Below are positions 14,557-58,128 of a stretch of 64,000 nt of DNA, piece by piece. This DNA is from Paragordius varius. Taxonomy: Eukaryota > Animalia > Nematomorpha. How positions within the stretch are numbered: position 1 is the stretch's first letter; every line of letters begins with the position of its first letter. The position numbers were made by a program, and so were the translations under genes. The stretch lies in assembly GCA_964247055.1 (NCBI GenBank), contig OZ176051.1:8246001-8310000 (forward strand), in the 5' to 3' direction. The notes under the pieces are model-generated. The model had not been told where the DNA came from, made no database searches, and saw only the letters and a list, made by a program, of their open reading frames with translations.

Positions 14557-17500
14557 GATCTTAGTCAACAAAAAATTCGTAGTCTGAGTTTTATAGCGGA
14601 AATTCCGTTTAAGTTTTATAGCGGAAATTCAAAATTTTAGGTGAATTCTTAAAATCATTTGCGTTTAAGTTAAAATTTTCTATTTATTTAAGTTAAAAAT
14701 GTTTACATTTTTAAATATGACATCTCATAAATTTTGAAATATTTTAGTTTAAATAAATATCTATTCATGTTTTGAAGTCATATTTGTTTTTTATAATCAA
14801 TCTTATGGCCTATTTCTAGATATTTGGTATAAAAAACAAGGTTTAATATTAAGATTAATGGATTTATTTAAGTTTATTAGGTTAGTTATTTTCATATGAT
14901 ATCAATGTATACTTTCATGATAAACTTGAGCATATACAATTATTAATATCGGGATAAAATACATTTTGAAAAATTATCATTAGCTACCATTGCCAAAAAT
15001 CACTAATTTTTTATCTCTGAGATGTTTGAATTTTTCGTTAATATTAAGTACATTGTGCCATTATTTTTAGATTAAATAAGAATTGCCTCTAATTAAAAAT
15101 TTATCTTTATTATACATGCTGCGCATGTATGTTTATAAATCATATTTGGGATAGCAAAATCAGAATTATCGAAATAATATGCGGGTAAAATACTATGAAA
15201 AAGTTCTACCTTTAGCCAAAAAAATATCGCATATTAATTAAAACACATTCTTCGATAAAATTAAATCAATGGACGAAGTCGAAAATTTTATTTCTAAATA
15301 GATAAAAATGATTTGCAAAATATTGATACATTTCTTACATTTTTTCAGTCAAAATAACACAACAATTAAGGCTAAAAACTCGCACTTTGATGCGCAAGAT
15401 TGAATAAACATATTACTTTTTAAGTATTTATTTAAGAACTAAAAATATTTATATATAAACTAATGTATACGAATTTTTTCGATAATTTTATACAATAAGC
15501 CAGATAAACATGTAATTTCTACAAAGCCTTCTATATAAATATATGAGTTTTTCTATATTCGATAGAGAAAAAGCCATTTATTTATTTAGGGATTTAGGCC
15601 CCCGACAACTGTGATTGAATGCCATATTTGATTTTCACTTTATAACATTTTTTTATACGCGATTATAGTAAAAATATATGATAGTTAGTTGAATTATACT
15701 CTTTTACCGTGTTATACCATGTTTTTTATTTAAATTTGGTGACAAGTACGAATTATACCTTCAATCCTTGTAGTCTTATGATGGTTTCGTTTGGGATTAT
15801 CTTGAGATACACATGTTAACAAACGAAATTTAGTTAAAGCGTGTGGCGACTCTATTATATATTTATTTTTTTAATTTTGGTAATATCAAAAAATTATCTA
15901 CGTTTTTTTTCCAAGTATTTTAACTGCATTTATCATTTCGATATTATCCTAAAGTTTTTAGCTATTAAATAATATATATGAATCATAAATTTTTATATTT
16001 GAACCCCATTTTTGCCGAGCAGTGTGGTATATGATAGTTAGTCATTTGTAACATTATTTAATCTAAAATCATTCAAAATAACCTAAATTAATATTAAAGA
16101 TTTATCTCATTTTGATTAAACTTTTTGTTTAAAATAGGTGTGTTATATTAATTTAAAGCTATTTGTTCGTAAAAATTTATTGCGACAGATCATAGCAATT
16201 GTTGTTTTCTCAAATATTTGCTTTTAATGAGTTGAAATTGCCAACCATATACTTTCAAATCAATGTGTTTTGAACTCTATTTTAGAATAAAAAATAGATT
16301 TAAATATTTGTTTCACTGACCAAAATTAATAAATATATTAAAATTGTCCAAAATCTAAAAAATGGTAATGATAATGTTAATTAAACTGCTCTATGGATAA
16401 TAGTAATAAATAGTTAGATTAGTTATGTAAAAATACATTTATAATTAATATATATCTCTGAAATTTACAATATTTTTGTTAAATTTGTTTATATTTATGG
16501 TGTGTAAAAAGGGTTCGCCGATTTGATAACGACATCAACATCTTCCTATCTATGAACATATTTTTCTTTATTAATAATTCCCGTATTATGTATAATTTAA
16601 TATTTGAGATTTTACTCTAAATTCTAAATATCCGATCATTTTTATTGTAGAAATCTGTTTTTCAAAGCATATCACAAGACGTTTTGGAAGCATGTTTGGA
16701 TAGTTTGAACAAAGCCAGTATTACCATTAAAGAAAATTCGGTAATCTTTATACTTATTATTTTTTTTCATTTCGAAAAATGATTTTTTAAAAAAAAACCA
16801 TTTTTTTGCGTATTTTCTCCATAACCTATATTTAATTACGATATTTTTACCAATTCCTAAATCACAGCCCAAATCAATAAGGTATATAAACAAGAATAAT
16901 TATACATTGAAAACTATGTGTTTTATATAACTGATCGCCTAAAGTTTTAACGTTTTGTTTGTTTAATTTAATTTTTACTATATACCCTATAATTTTCATT
17001 TTTATGTTGTTTTTAGACTGCAATCGACTCACACTTGTTTTTGATAAAGCATTTACTCATACTTCGAGAGCAGATATCACCATTCCAAACCAAATTTATG
17101 CACAAAGAAATTAGCGTTGAACTTCCAAATGTTAAAGGTTTACAAACGTTGCTATGCGTTAAATTAAATATCTGTTTGAAATAAAATTAAACAAATATTG
17201 TAAATTAAATTATTTTTGTATTGCAGAAGCCGCTTACAAAATGTTACATGAGAAAATGGGGTTGCTATCGTTTGGAAAAAATAATGCGTTCCTGGAATTC
17301 ATACTTAATGTAAGGGTCAAATTTAAAATTTTACTACTTTATATATATTCTATCTTTTGTTGCGTTTTGAGGCATGTTTATGGATTTAAAACTTGTTCTA
17401 TGATTTGAGTCCAATATCTTTTCGATTGGGCGCAGGGATATGTAAATAAAGAATTTTTTTAACAGATGATTCTCTACTAGATCTGTATATGTGGCCGCCA

Positions 17501-19392
17501 AAGTAAGGAAGTCTATTTGTTCTGATAAAAGCTATTATTGTTTCTAGTTGATATATGGTGGTATTTATCTTCATATGTTTTAGCATTCTGTTTTTCGTTT
17601 TTTTAATCTCGATTTTAATGAGTAATGACATAATTTTCACTGGCATATGTATAAAAGGGTAGGGCAGACACCCTCTTTATATATAATAATTTTATTTTTT
17701 TACGGTTATGTCTTTATTTGTTAATACATCTGATTTTACAGAGCTCCCCACAAGTCCATGAAAAGCACATTGATTCCAAAAAGGTTGTAGATGACGTGTT
17801 ACGGACCATGTGTCAAGAATTCATAAGACTTGGAACACGTTATATGGTTGGATCTCTGCAAGATTTTTTAGCTTCCAAAGTAATTTGGATAAAAATAGAA
17901 AAATATTATTGTGCATTTTTTTATGTCCTAAATAATTTGTCATTCTTTTTAGGCTAAATTAATGCTGGATCAAAATGCACGATCGGACTTACATAATCTT
18001 AATCCTACCAATGAATTAGAAAAGAATGATGTATTAACAATAAACTCGCATTCCAATAATTTTCAATCTCAAAGCAATGACGTTTCAACGGAAACCCTTT
18101 TACCCATTGCCGTTGATTTAGCAAAAAATGTGGCTTCATTCTATAGAACATTAAAGGACACAACCAAATTTTTGAAGAAAAGTTTAAATCTATACCTTGC
18201 AAATCCTGACACCGAATATATTTTGTTTAAACCCCTAAAAGTATATGTAACTCATTATATGTTTAATATCATTTTCATTTGCAGAAAAAATTACTCTTAA
18301 TCGCGGGGATTTAATTATAGCAATTGCTAAAAACAAATTATTTTATTGTTATCTTTATAAATAAGGTATTTTCATGACCTTAGCATTGCTGCCTAATCCC
18401 AAATTTTATTTAGCCTAATACATTATTTATATTAAAATTTACATCCTTATGTATTAGATCAATGCACAATCTGCATTTAACGATTTGAGAGATTTCGTTG
18501 ATCATTACTATAAAAATGACGAAGATTCCGCTATAATAAATTGTCCGACTCAGGAACAGGTAAATTTGTTTTTGGTGAATAAATTTATTTTATCACAGTT
18601 TTTATTATACATCTCCAGCGTTTATAAGTTAATAAGTTCCTGTTGGTTATTATGTATTTTTCCGTTTTTTAAATCAGTTAGTTTTTGAGATATGTAAAAA
18701 TTGAAATCCTCTTTGAACGATAAAAATCCATAGTATAATATTATATATACCATAAATGTTATTATATTTTTATCAAAAATGGGTTTTCCTTCATTCGTGG
18801 TCATTTATAGATGGTTTAAATGTACCATTTGCACTTCAATGTCCTTTAACACTTTAAGTTGGTCCTTTACCATTTCAAGTTGGTCCTTGAACACTTCAAG
18901 TTGGTCTTTGAACACTTCATGTTGGTCCTTAAAATTTTTTTGATTTAACCATAATTTTTTTTAATTTTTATTTTATTATTTATAAACCCAATTTCTTTAT
19001 TTATTATATATTTATTTAAATAATAAAAATTTTCTTCAAAAACCTTTTTTTGTTTCATAGTAATTTTTTAATTTAACAAAATATTTTTAATTACATGTTA
19101 AAATCTCATAAATATCTAAAATAATTGTAAGAAGTTAATAAAGATATACGGTTTCTCAATGATTAAAAGTTGATAAAATAGGTTTAAAACGAAATATATG
19201 ATTGATATACGATTTAATTGATAAAAGTAAAAAGCAAAACAAAAATGACAAGGGACCTTGAAATGTTCAAGTACCAACTTGAAGTGTTTAATATTATATA
19301 CAATATATATATATATATATATATATTGTATATATATATATATATAAATTTAGCTTACAATGTTATTTGCTGGACAAATTGATATCACTTAA
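6172..19392 (+). CDS. COG3: Conserved oligomeric Golgi complex subunit 3 (Sec34), 19 coding exons, ~995 aa
   Basis: Exons: 6172-6588, 6615-6689, 7834-7932, 8196-8363, 9477-9683, 9970-10085, 10180-10306, 10612-10706, 10770-10964, 12349-12610, 13605-13785, 14138-14322, 16651-16740, 17017-17137, 17227-17309, 17742-17879, 17953-18240, 18458-18559, 19354-19392. All introns are GT-AG, phases are consistent and the sum is 2988 nt. COG3-like motifs: [117 protein letters not shown]. The last exon ([12 protein letters not shown]) is the least certain. Confidence 0.93.
6589..6614 (+). other. 26-nt GT-AG intron (COG3 intron 1)
   Basis: Sequence gtacacattattttttgattcattag. Removing it joins ...[12 protein letters not shown] to [18 protein letters not shown]..., gap-free against recalled COG3 (LHEACEQLLKEQSELVDLAENIQQKLSYF). 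Retaining it gives an in-frame TGA at 6604-6606. Confidence 0.85.
10983..11269. mobile_element. MITE family A with extra subrepeats, followed by (TA)n
   Basis: Repeated aaattcacccttgaa units on the left; gagggtaaattttaactgtaaatgg on the right. Confidence 0.75.
11270..11326. repeat. (TA)n microsatellite
   Basis: Direct reading. Similar runs occur at ~12248-12272, 14528-14553, 19305-19345, 26318-26361, 29498-29520, 29907-29929 and 60575-60602. Confidence 0.95.
11405..11628. mobile_element. MITE family B (near-palindromic hairpin)
   Basis: tgcattttaaaggttgcttatttcacactatagttg pairs with caactatagtgtgaataagcaatcattaaaattgca. It matches copies at 28890, 43136, 45262 and 57952. Confidence 0.8.
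17400..17560 (-). pseudogene. Decayed LINE 3' relic in a COG3 intron
   Basis: The peptide [30 protein letters not shown] resembles the LINE C-terminal IxxxRLRWxGHVxR....KKIL. Confidence 0.45.
18825..19292. mobile_element. MITE related to family A, in the last COG3 intron
   Basis: It starts ccatttgcacttcaa, then tandem ~21-bp units cttgaacacttcaagttggtc. An inverted remnant, gtaccaacttgaagtgttta, sits at ~19271-19290 next to (TA)n. Confidence 0.55.
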
Positions 19393-19863
19393 TTTTTATT
19401 CAATTTTATCTCCAAAGTATTTGTTAATGGGTTTTCATACAGGGCAATATATAGAAAATTTACTGTATACTGCGCATACACCTCACAACTCATATGTGAT
19501 TATTATTTATTATATTAATTTAATACTTAAAAATAAATTGGGATATAAACATAAATAAACACATCTTAACATGGCAACGAATTGGCAAATTATATACATA
19601 TTTAATTTTAGATCCTTCTTTTTAAGACCGTATTGATTTACATATTAAATTATTTTTTGTTGTAAATAAGGCGACAATCATAGCTAATATTAATTACAAT
19701 CTGTACCGCACGACATTGACCCAATAACCGAATATTGTTTTTACCTTAAAACGTGTTTTATTCGTTTTTATTTTATTATACATGATGACATTTTACACGT
19801 GCGTCTGATTTGAGGATTTTATATCTTTGAGTAGGTATACATTGCAGTTATGGAAAATGCTGG

Positions 19864-20240
19864 CTTTGTGATCTGTTTCCGGAAAACCGGTAGACCCATT
19901 CAAATCCAAATGTCGAAAAAAATATCATAGATGAATGCACCGACAATAGCTTTGCCCTTTTTTTGAATTCCCCCAGTTCGGGCCCACCCCGTGTAAAAAA
20001 CGGTTTTTTTGAAAACAGAAGTCCACAAAACCGTGTCTTTGACACAATTTTCCGGAGAACGTGTTGGATCATTCAATTTCAAATATGATTGTTTACTTAT
20101 TTTCGATTGCGCCGAACATATCGTCTCACTTTTTTAATTTAGGCCCTCTTTTTATCCGCTCCTCCCGTAAAACGTCATTTCAAAAAACAAAGTCCAAAAT
20201 ATTTTTTTGAATCTATTTAAAAGGCAAAAATTTTAGTCAA
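19864..20240. repeat. Truncated second copy of the 1499 repeat, between COG3 and SWEET
   Basis: It shares ctttgtgatctgtttccggaaaacc, ccccagttcgggcccacccc and ttttcgattgcgccgaacata with the first copy, and stops at aaggcaaaaattttagtcaa. Confidence 0.8.
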
Positions 20241-20799
20241 CCATGCCAAACCGGTCTAACACGAATGGCGAATCGCGTAGACAAGAAGACAGTGGTCTGT
20301 GAATTTTTTTAGAGTATTTAATTTTAAACAGGCCTGGAGCATTAAACGATCTCGAAGGACTTAAATGAATGTGTTGTATCTAACTGCTAAATAACATTAG
20401 ATTTTGCCTCAAAAAGTTTTTAAAAAAGCTTATTATGTTACACATTCTAACTTTTTCTTTTATAATGGTATCTTTTTGAAAATTTTTTAAGAGTTTGGTC
20501 TATTTGAATATTTTAGAATCAAGCTCATTATCTCTTATTCCTAATATATATACGTAAAAATTTAAAAGGTAATTCTCAACAGCCAATCTAAAAGATAACT
20601 ATTTTGCGTTTATTTTTATATTTATAATAAAATCTAAAAAATTTGGTCAATCTAAAGAATATAAAATTATTATTTCTTTTGTACGAAATGTATATATTTT
20701 TACCTATAATATGGTCAGGCATGTAATTTATCAGACCATATTGGATATTAACATCCATACAAACATCTGTTTAAACAGGGAATTTTAAAATAAATTTTT

Positions 20800-21904
20800 A
20801 TGCAAGAAATATTAGCATTATTTTGCACAATATTCACTTTGGGATTGTTTGTTTGCGGATTGTAATTTTATACTATATTATTAGCCCATCCTGTTACAAC
20901 ATAATAAAGAAAAAATCTGTTCAAGGCGCCCCGTTTGAAATATATTTGTTAACATTATTGACGTATCCATAATTTTTATTATAGAAATATTTCATCCATA
21001 TATTACGGCATTCTAATAAATGATAATCTCATATTACGCATTAATATCATTGGATTAACCATACAATCATTTTATATTTTAGTTTTTTTATACTATACAA
21101 AAGCCAAGGTATCTTAAAATGTAATTAACATAAATAGGTACCATGCTTAAGTCTATTGCTTAGCGTTATAATGTTTTTATTGCTACCAATATATGCGTAC
21201 CTTAATTTTTATGTCATGTTTGAAAGCGAAAGGATAATAAAAATGGGCTACATTGGAACCGTCATTGGTATTTGTGCCATGTTTGGTCCAGTAAAAGGAT
21301 TGGTAAAAATATGATTGATTTTTATCTATTTATTTAAAAAAATAAATCATTTTTCCACAAAATTAAATTTAGTTACATTGTATTAACTTTAAAACGGCGG
21401 AAAACATTTCACTTCCAATCATATATGGGGCTTTAGCTTGCGGACTGAGTTGGACTCTATATGGTCTTTACCTGGCAAACATTTTTATAATGGTAATCTA
21501 TTTTAATTTATCGTTTACTATAAAATTTATATTTTTAAAAATAAAAGTAGGCTTTATTTTATTATTAAAAGTGTATTCTTAAATCTTAATTTAATTTTAA
21601 CCCATCATGTGGCTTGTAAAATAAAAAAATTGGTAATAAACTTAATATGTATTTAACAAATATGGGTTATTTAAAAATTATAAACATAGTTTTTGAAAAA
21701 TGTTATACTTTTTTTACGTTTTTTGTTTATATAAAATTATTAATGTACGATAATATAATTACAATGTTTTTGCTACAACTATTTTTTTTATTTTAGCTAC
21801 CCAATGTGCTTGGAATATTCATAAACTTAATTTGCGTTTATTATGGCCTAAAATATAGTACATGCCCTAATGAAAAATCAACAAAAAAATCAAAAGCTAA
21901 TTAA
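20800..21904 (+). CDS. SLC50A1: SWEET1-like sugar transporter (MtN3/saliva family), 6 exons, 218 aa
   Basis: Exons: 20800-20861, 20885-20962, 20985-21108, 21138-21302, 21373-21492, 21797-21904 (657 nt). Translation: MQEILALFCTIFTLGLFVCGF PSCYNIIKKKSVQGAPFEIYLLTLLT NISSIYYGILINDNLILRINIIGLTIQSFYILVFLYYTKAK VPCLSLLLSVIMFLLLPIYAYLNFYVMFESERIIKMGYIGTVIGICAMFGPVKGL LHCINFKTAENISLPIIYGALACGLSWTLYGLYLANIFIM LPNVLGIFINLICVYYGLKYSTCPNEKSTKKSKAN*. It shows a 7-TM pattern with two MtN3 repeats (INxxG, SWxLYG, PNxLG motifs). Confidence 0.92.
20862..20884 (+). other. 23-nt GT-AG intron (SWEET intron 1, phase 2)
   Basis: Sequence gtaattttatactatattattag. Removal restores the SWEET frame; retention gives an immediate TAA. 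Confidence 0.87.
20963..20984 (+). other. 22-nt GT-AG intron (SWEET intron 2, phase 2)
   Basis: Sequence gtatccataatttttattatag. Removal restores the frame into NISSIYYG; retention gives TAA. Confidence 0.87.
21109..21137 (+). other. 29-nt GT-AG intron (SWEET intron 3, phase 0)
   Basis: Sequence gtatcttaaaatgtaattaacataaatag. Removal restores the frame; retention reads GTA TCT TAA. Confidence 0.85.
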
Positions 21905-22529
21905 TTGTGTGTTGATCGAAAATAACAAAGCCTCTCAAAAATGCATTTTATCGAATCTCATTTTTTTATGCAATGATTTTTGACAATGGATTTTTATACG
22001 TAACCATTTTTAACTAGTCAAAACAAAATAAATTGGCATTATATATGCGTATCCATTTATTATTACAATATATAGATATACGATAAAATAAGTAGAAGTA
22101 GAGTAAGAATTCTTTTGGTTGTATGATGTGGTTTTTACACATAATTTTATTTCAAAAAAGTAATATTGTAAATATAATTAATAATCCAATTATGTATTCA
22201 CAATGTTTTTTTTGTAAAGATGACAGGGATATAAACAGAACGATAATAGGGTTGTTGAGATTGTTGAACTAAAAATAATCACCATCGTAAATTTTAACAT
22301 AGATGCTTGTCTTTCAATTATGCGCCATAATATTTTTTGTCAAAATGTAAACATGTTAAAAAATATTTTTTCTTGGGGCCAAAAATGATATGTTTTTTTA
22401 TCATTCGTAATATTTTTTGATTCCTAAAATAGATTTTTGCATACATATTTGTGTGCGTGTGTCGTGTTTGATGTTGTCGTAGGTATAAAAAATTGTTTAT
22501 ACATTACAAACAAAATCATCATTAATGTT

Positions 22530-53890
<31,361 letters not shown>

Positions 53891-56778
53891 TTCAAAAAAA
53901 ATAATTCCAAAAGAATTCAAAGTATCACGATATTTAAAATAATATATGTATATACGTTGATTCAAAATATGCAATAAACTTTCTCTTGAAGATTATTTAA
54001 ATTAAAGTGTAAATATATCAATCCATAATTTGAATATTTCGATTAGGTTGTTTCAAGTGTCCATCCTATACTCTGATGGATTATAGAAAGTAAGGCAAGG
54101 CATTTCGTTAATACCTATACTTGAAACTCAAATCCTGTTAAGAATGTTGAATGAAATCATTATTTATATCATATGTTAATTTCAAGAAGTATAGTAGTAT
54201 ATCACAATAAAAAACGCGCATAATTAAATATTTTTACTAAACCAAGATAAAACAATTATGTAATGTGTCGGCGAAAAATATAATATAATAATCAAAAGTG
54301 GATAAAATCTATTAAAATGTAAAACAATGTGAGTAGTATATACAAACTACAATTTATGTGGATTGTAAACGAAAAATGAAAAAAAAACAATGTTTCTTTT
54401 GTTACAATAATTTATACAATGTTGTATAGAGGAGAGACAGGATTATAAATTATTATTATAAGCTCTATTTGTGAAACACATTATGTAGTTATATAAATAC
54501 AAAAAAGCAATGTGTTATGCGGTTGTTTTTATAAAATGAATGAGATATAAAAATAAAGATGAGCAGATATAGATATATATATACAAAAGTATGTAGAAAA
54601 AGATAAACACGTCTTTTTTGTATATCTTTTATACATTTGTACTATTTTTATAATCCGTGTTTGTGCATAACATATTTTTTGAAAGCGTTTTTCAATACAC
54701 ATATATATAATTGTAAATACAAATAGCGAAAAACGCTCAAGTGTGTAATGTAAATATTTAAATATATCATACGCATTTTAGTTTCGCTAACAATTAATTA
54801 TTTTTATCAACCATACTCATTTTTTATAAAACAGTATGTATGGGTTATATTATTTTAGCTTTAATTACCTTAATTTGCATAATTAGTAAACCGCTGTTTA
54901 TTGTTAAATACAAAATACTGCTAAATGAATATTAACACTATTTTGTGCCTAAATATATAAATACAAGTCGCGGGTACTTTTACCAAGGTTTGGGTTTTAA
55001 ATAGGGCAGCCCTTAATGCATGTATTTTATTGAGGTTTGGGTTTAAGATCTTATCGCCATAACCAAAAAATTTATTATAATAGAACAGTTATAAGACAAT
55101 ATAAACTTATTTGCCTTAAATAATGTATACATGTTTATGTTATAACTATAAATAGATTTTAAATATCGTTCAAAACTTTGTACCATTATGTTATTTTCCT
55201 AATCATGTGAAAAACATAAATTTGCTCTAACTAGCCACAAGCGGCCACATTTCAAATGTATCAATTACCAACCTATTTCTAACTGACTAACGTTTAAATA
55301 TTTTTTTACACGTGAATGCATAAGAGAGATCTGAAAATAAATTAAAATCGCAAAAACAAAGCGAAAAGGAAAATACAAATTTATGGGGGTAATTTCTGAA
55401 ATCATGTATTTAGCAACAACTAGACTCGGTTGTCAAAAAATTCTAATTTATTGATACTCTAAAATCAGTCAGCTGTTTTTTTGAATTAATTAGATACAAA
55501 TTATGTGCTTAACCATTTAAGTAAAAGACAACACTTTTTCAATTAAACGCTTTTTTCATCCAAAAACAACATTTTTTTAACTCAAATACATCATAATTTT
55601 ATGACATTCTATAGTTATGTATTTATATAATTTTAGGCTGATAATTATTTATTTTTTAGCAATGAATTAGAAAAAAATATATTACATATATGATGTCCAT
55701 ATGTATTTTAAAAATTATATATGATATATTTTTTACTATTTTAACCCTAAAAATCAGCTGATCCGCAACTTAAAATTAAATAACTAATAATTATAAACAT
55801 GCATAAAATAAAAGTTTGTCTCGGATGAAAAAATGTATTAAAAAATGTTGCATTCAATGTTGCGTTTGTTAAAATAAGTATTGCTTTAACTAAAAAAATG
55901 GAAAATTTTTGTAATAGTTTAGTAGAAGCCTGATAATTAAGTATAAACATATGATATATTTTTTTCGCTTTTTAAGAACGAAACATATTTTAAGGATTTA
56001 ATACTCAAATTATATTATAATTTAAAAAATTAATTGACCATTAAAATTGTTTGAATTTGATTTTTTGGGGAAATTTATAGGCCATCACAAAGACCCGTAA
56101 TGATATATATTTTATGCAATATCTAAACATGAATATACTGTTTCTAACCATTAAGCAATTTTTTGTAATTTAAAAACAACTGACTCTAATAAATAAGATA
56201 GTGGACCTAATTTCTTACACCAAATTATTTTCGGATATAAATCTAGAAAGTTTTCCATGTTTAAATATTAAAATTTTGCTGCATTCTGAATACAATATTT
56301 ACATCAAATTTTCCAAACAAATTTCTATGCTCCATTGTCCAGTGATTTGTTTGAGATTAATTTATAGATCAACATTTTTTCATTTTACAGACACGGCCTA
56401 GAGTTTTGCCTTTTATATAATTTAATATTTTCCACCTTTTTCCTTAATAAATAGATTATATCCGGATGAACAGAGGCGTTTATAGGAAATTAAAATTTAT
56501 AAATATACCATAAATGTATCATTATTAATAATATAGACATTGGTGTGCGAAAAAATCAATTACATTAGTATATAAATATGTAATTAACACCTATACGTGT
56601 ATGGAATACATTTTTTCCTTAGACTTCCTGCTAGTGTGCATAATAAAACTGTAATATCCCCAAATATTATGAAATGTGTTTGCCAATTATAGGTATGCGT
56701 TATCATTTTTATATATACCTTTGGCCTAATAGACATAATTTTAGATAATATAATAAGAGTCTAGGATACAAATTTATA

Positions 56779-57097
56779 CAGTCATGTATCCTTTATTTTA
56801 TCACAAATTTATTTTTCTTCGTTAAGTATAAATATTTGGTAAAGAATGAAAAAACAAGAACTCTATGATTTTACAGTCATGTATCCTTTATTTTATCACA
56901 AATTTATTTTCCTTCGTTATGTATAAATATTTGGTAAAGAATGAAAAAACATGAACTCTATGGTATTAACAATATCATATTCATCAAAAAAGTTAAGAAT
57001 TACCATAGAGCTCTTGTTTTCCCATTCTTTACCAAATACTTATACCCATTTAATGAAAAAAAATAATTTTTGATAAAATAAAGAATACATGACTGTA
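56779..57097. mobile_element. MITE family D, intact copy (56874-57097) preceded by a 95-bp tandem duplicate of its left arm
   Basis: Termini are tacagtcatgtat and atacatgactgta, with long inverted arms. The left arm occurs at both 56779 and 56874. Confidence 0.85.
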
Positions 57098-57951
57098 GTT
57101 GTCTTGCATTTATTGGAAGTTGATATTTTAAAAAATTTATAGACCAAATTAATAATGTTATCTGTGGTTGAGTCAAAACAAATAGCTTAGCGGCGGCATT
57201 TTAGACTTAAAAAGAACTGTGGACATATGTTAAATATATATGGGCATTAATAAAAATTTTATTAAGTTTGGGACATAAAACTGAATATGCAGACATGATA
57301 TAACTCGTTATTTCACCAACTTTTTCTCCAGTACGTTAATCGTAAAATATTCGGAATGTTACTTTAATAAATATTATGGTAGAGTTTTGTGAGCATATTT
57401 TGCAAATAATGGAATTTCGTATTTATTTAGATGCATACGGATATTAACAGCCCTTATTAATTAAAGTCTACGTATTTAAAAATTAACACTAAAACAAATG
57501 TCTACTACATTATATGACAAAATATCCGTTTTTGTTTAATTTAAAATTATTAAATTAACTTTAATATAAAGATAAGTGATTTACAATGCTCCAGGGACTT
57601 TTTATGCGTATATTAAATTACAGAAATATCATTGCTTTATTAATATTATTGCCTTTAATCAACGAGAAAAAATAAATGCATCATTGTTATGTAATTAATC
57701 ATAAATTTATCCTTCCTTACACTTAAAAATTATTATCGCCTAAAGTTATATAGTGTAAGTATATTAAAAAATGTCAATTATTTAGTAAATATACGGTAAT
57801 TAAATTGCGACAGATATTTGGTGAATTATGAGAAAGTGCGAGACATGATGATACAAATATTTCAGCCATCGGTCGTCTACACAAAAAAATTTGGCCTTAG
57901 GTAACAAAAATAAGCAATAATACTATTTCAAAATTGTAATAATGGTAATTA

Positions 57952-58128
57952 AGTATGCATTTTAATGGTTGATTATTTCACACTATAGTATGGCAATTTG
58001 CAACACAGTGGTGTGTATGGAAAAAACAACAAAATGTTGAATAAACAATTATTACTTTTTTTTTCATAAACTCCTCTGTTGCAAATTGCCCTACGAAAGT
58101 GTGAAATAAGCAACCATTAAAATGCAAT
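57952..58128. mobile_element. MITE family B
   Basis: agtatgcattttaatggttgattatttcacactatagt pairs with gtgtgaaataagcaaccattaaaatgca. Confidence 0.8.

Noticed and set aside
17464-17525. Possible C/D-box snoRNA (atgatt ... ctga) in a COG3 intron
   Set aside because: The C box is imperfect, there is no terminal stem, and the opposite strand is better explained as a LINE relic.
12349-18240. First impression of a RasGAP-like gene on the + strand
   Set aside because: The reconstructed exons match COG3 motifs in order, and no RasGAP signature is present.
18560-18688. Read-through of COG3 exon 18 ([13 protein letters not shown]...) as the C terminus
   Set aside because: A strong CAG|gtaaat donor and a plausible short terminal exon at 19354-19392 fit better. 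It is not fully excluded.
18841-18930. Short regularly spaced repeats that superficially resemble a CRISPR array (also 10990-11075)
   Set aside because: They are head-to-tail ~20-bp units without unique spacers, in a eukaryotic intron, and belong to MITE termini.
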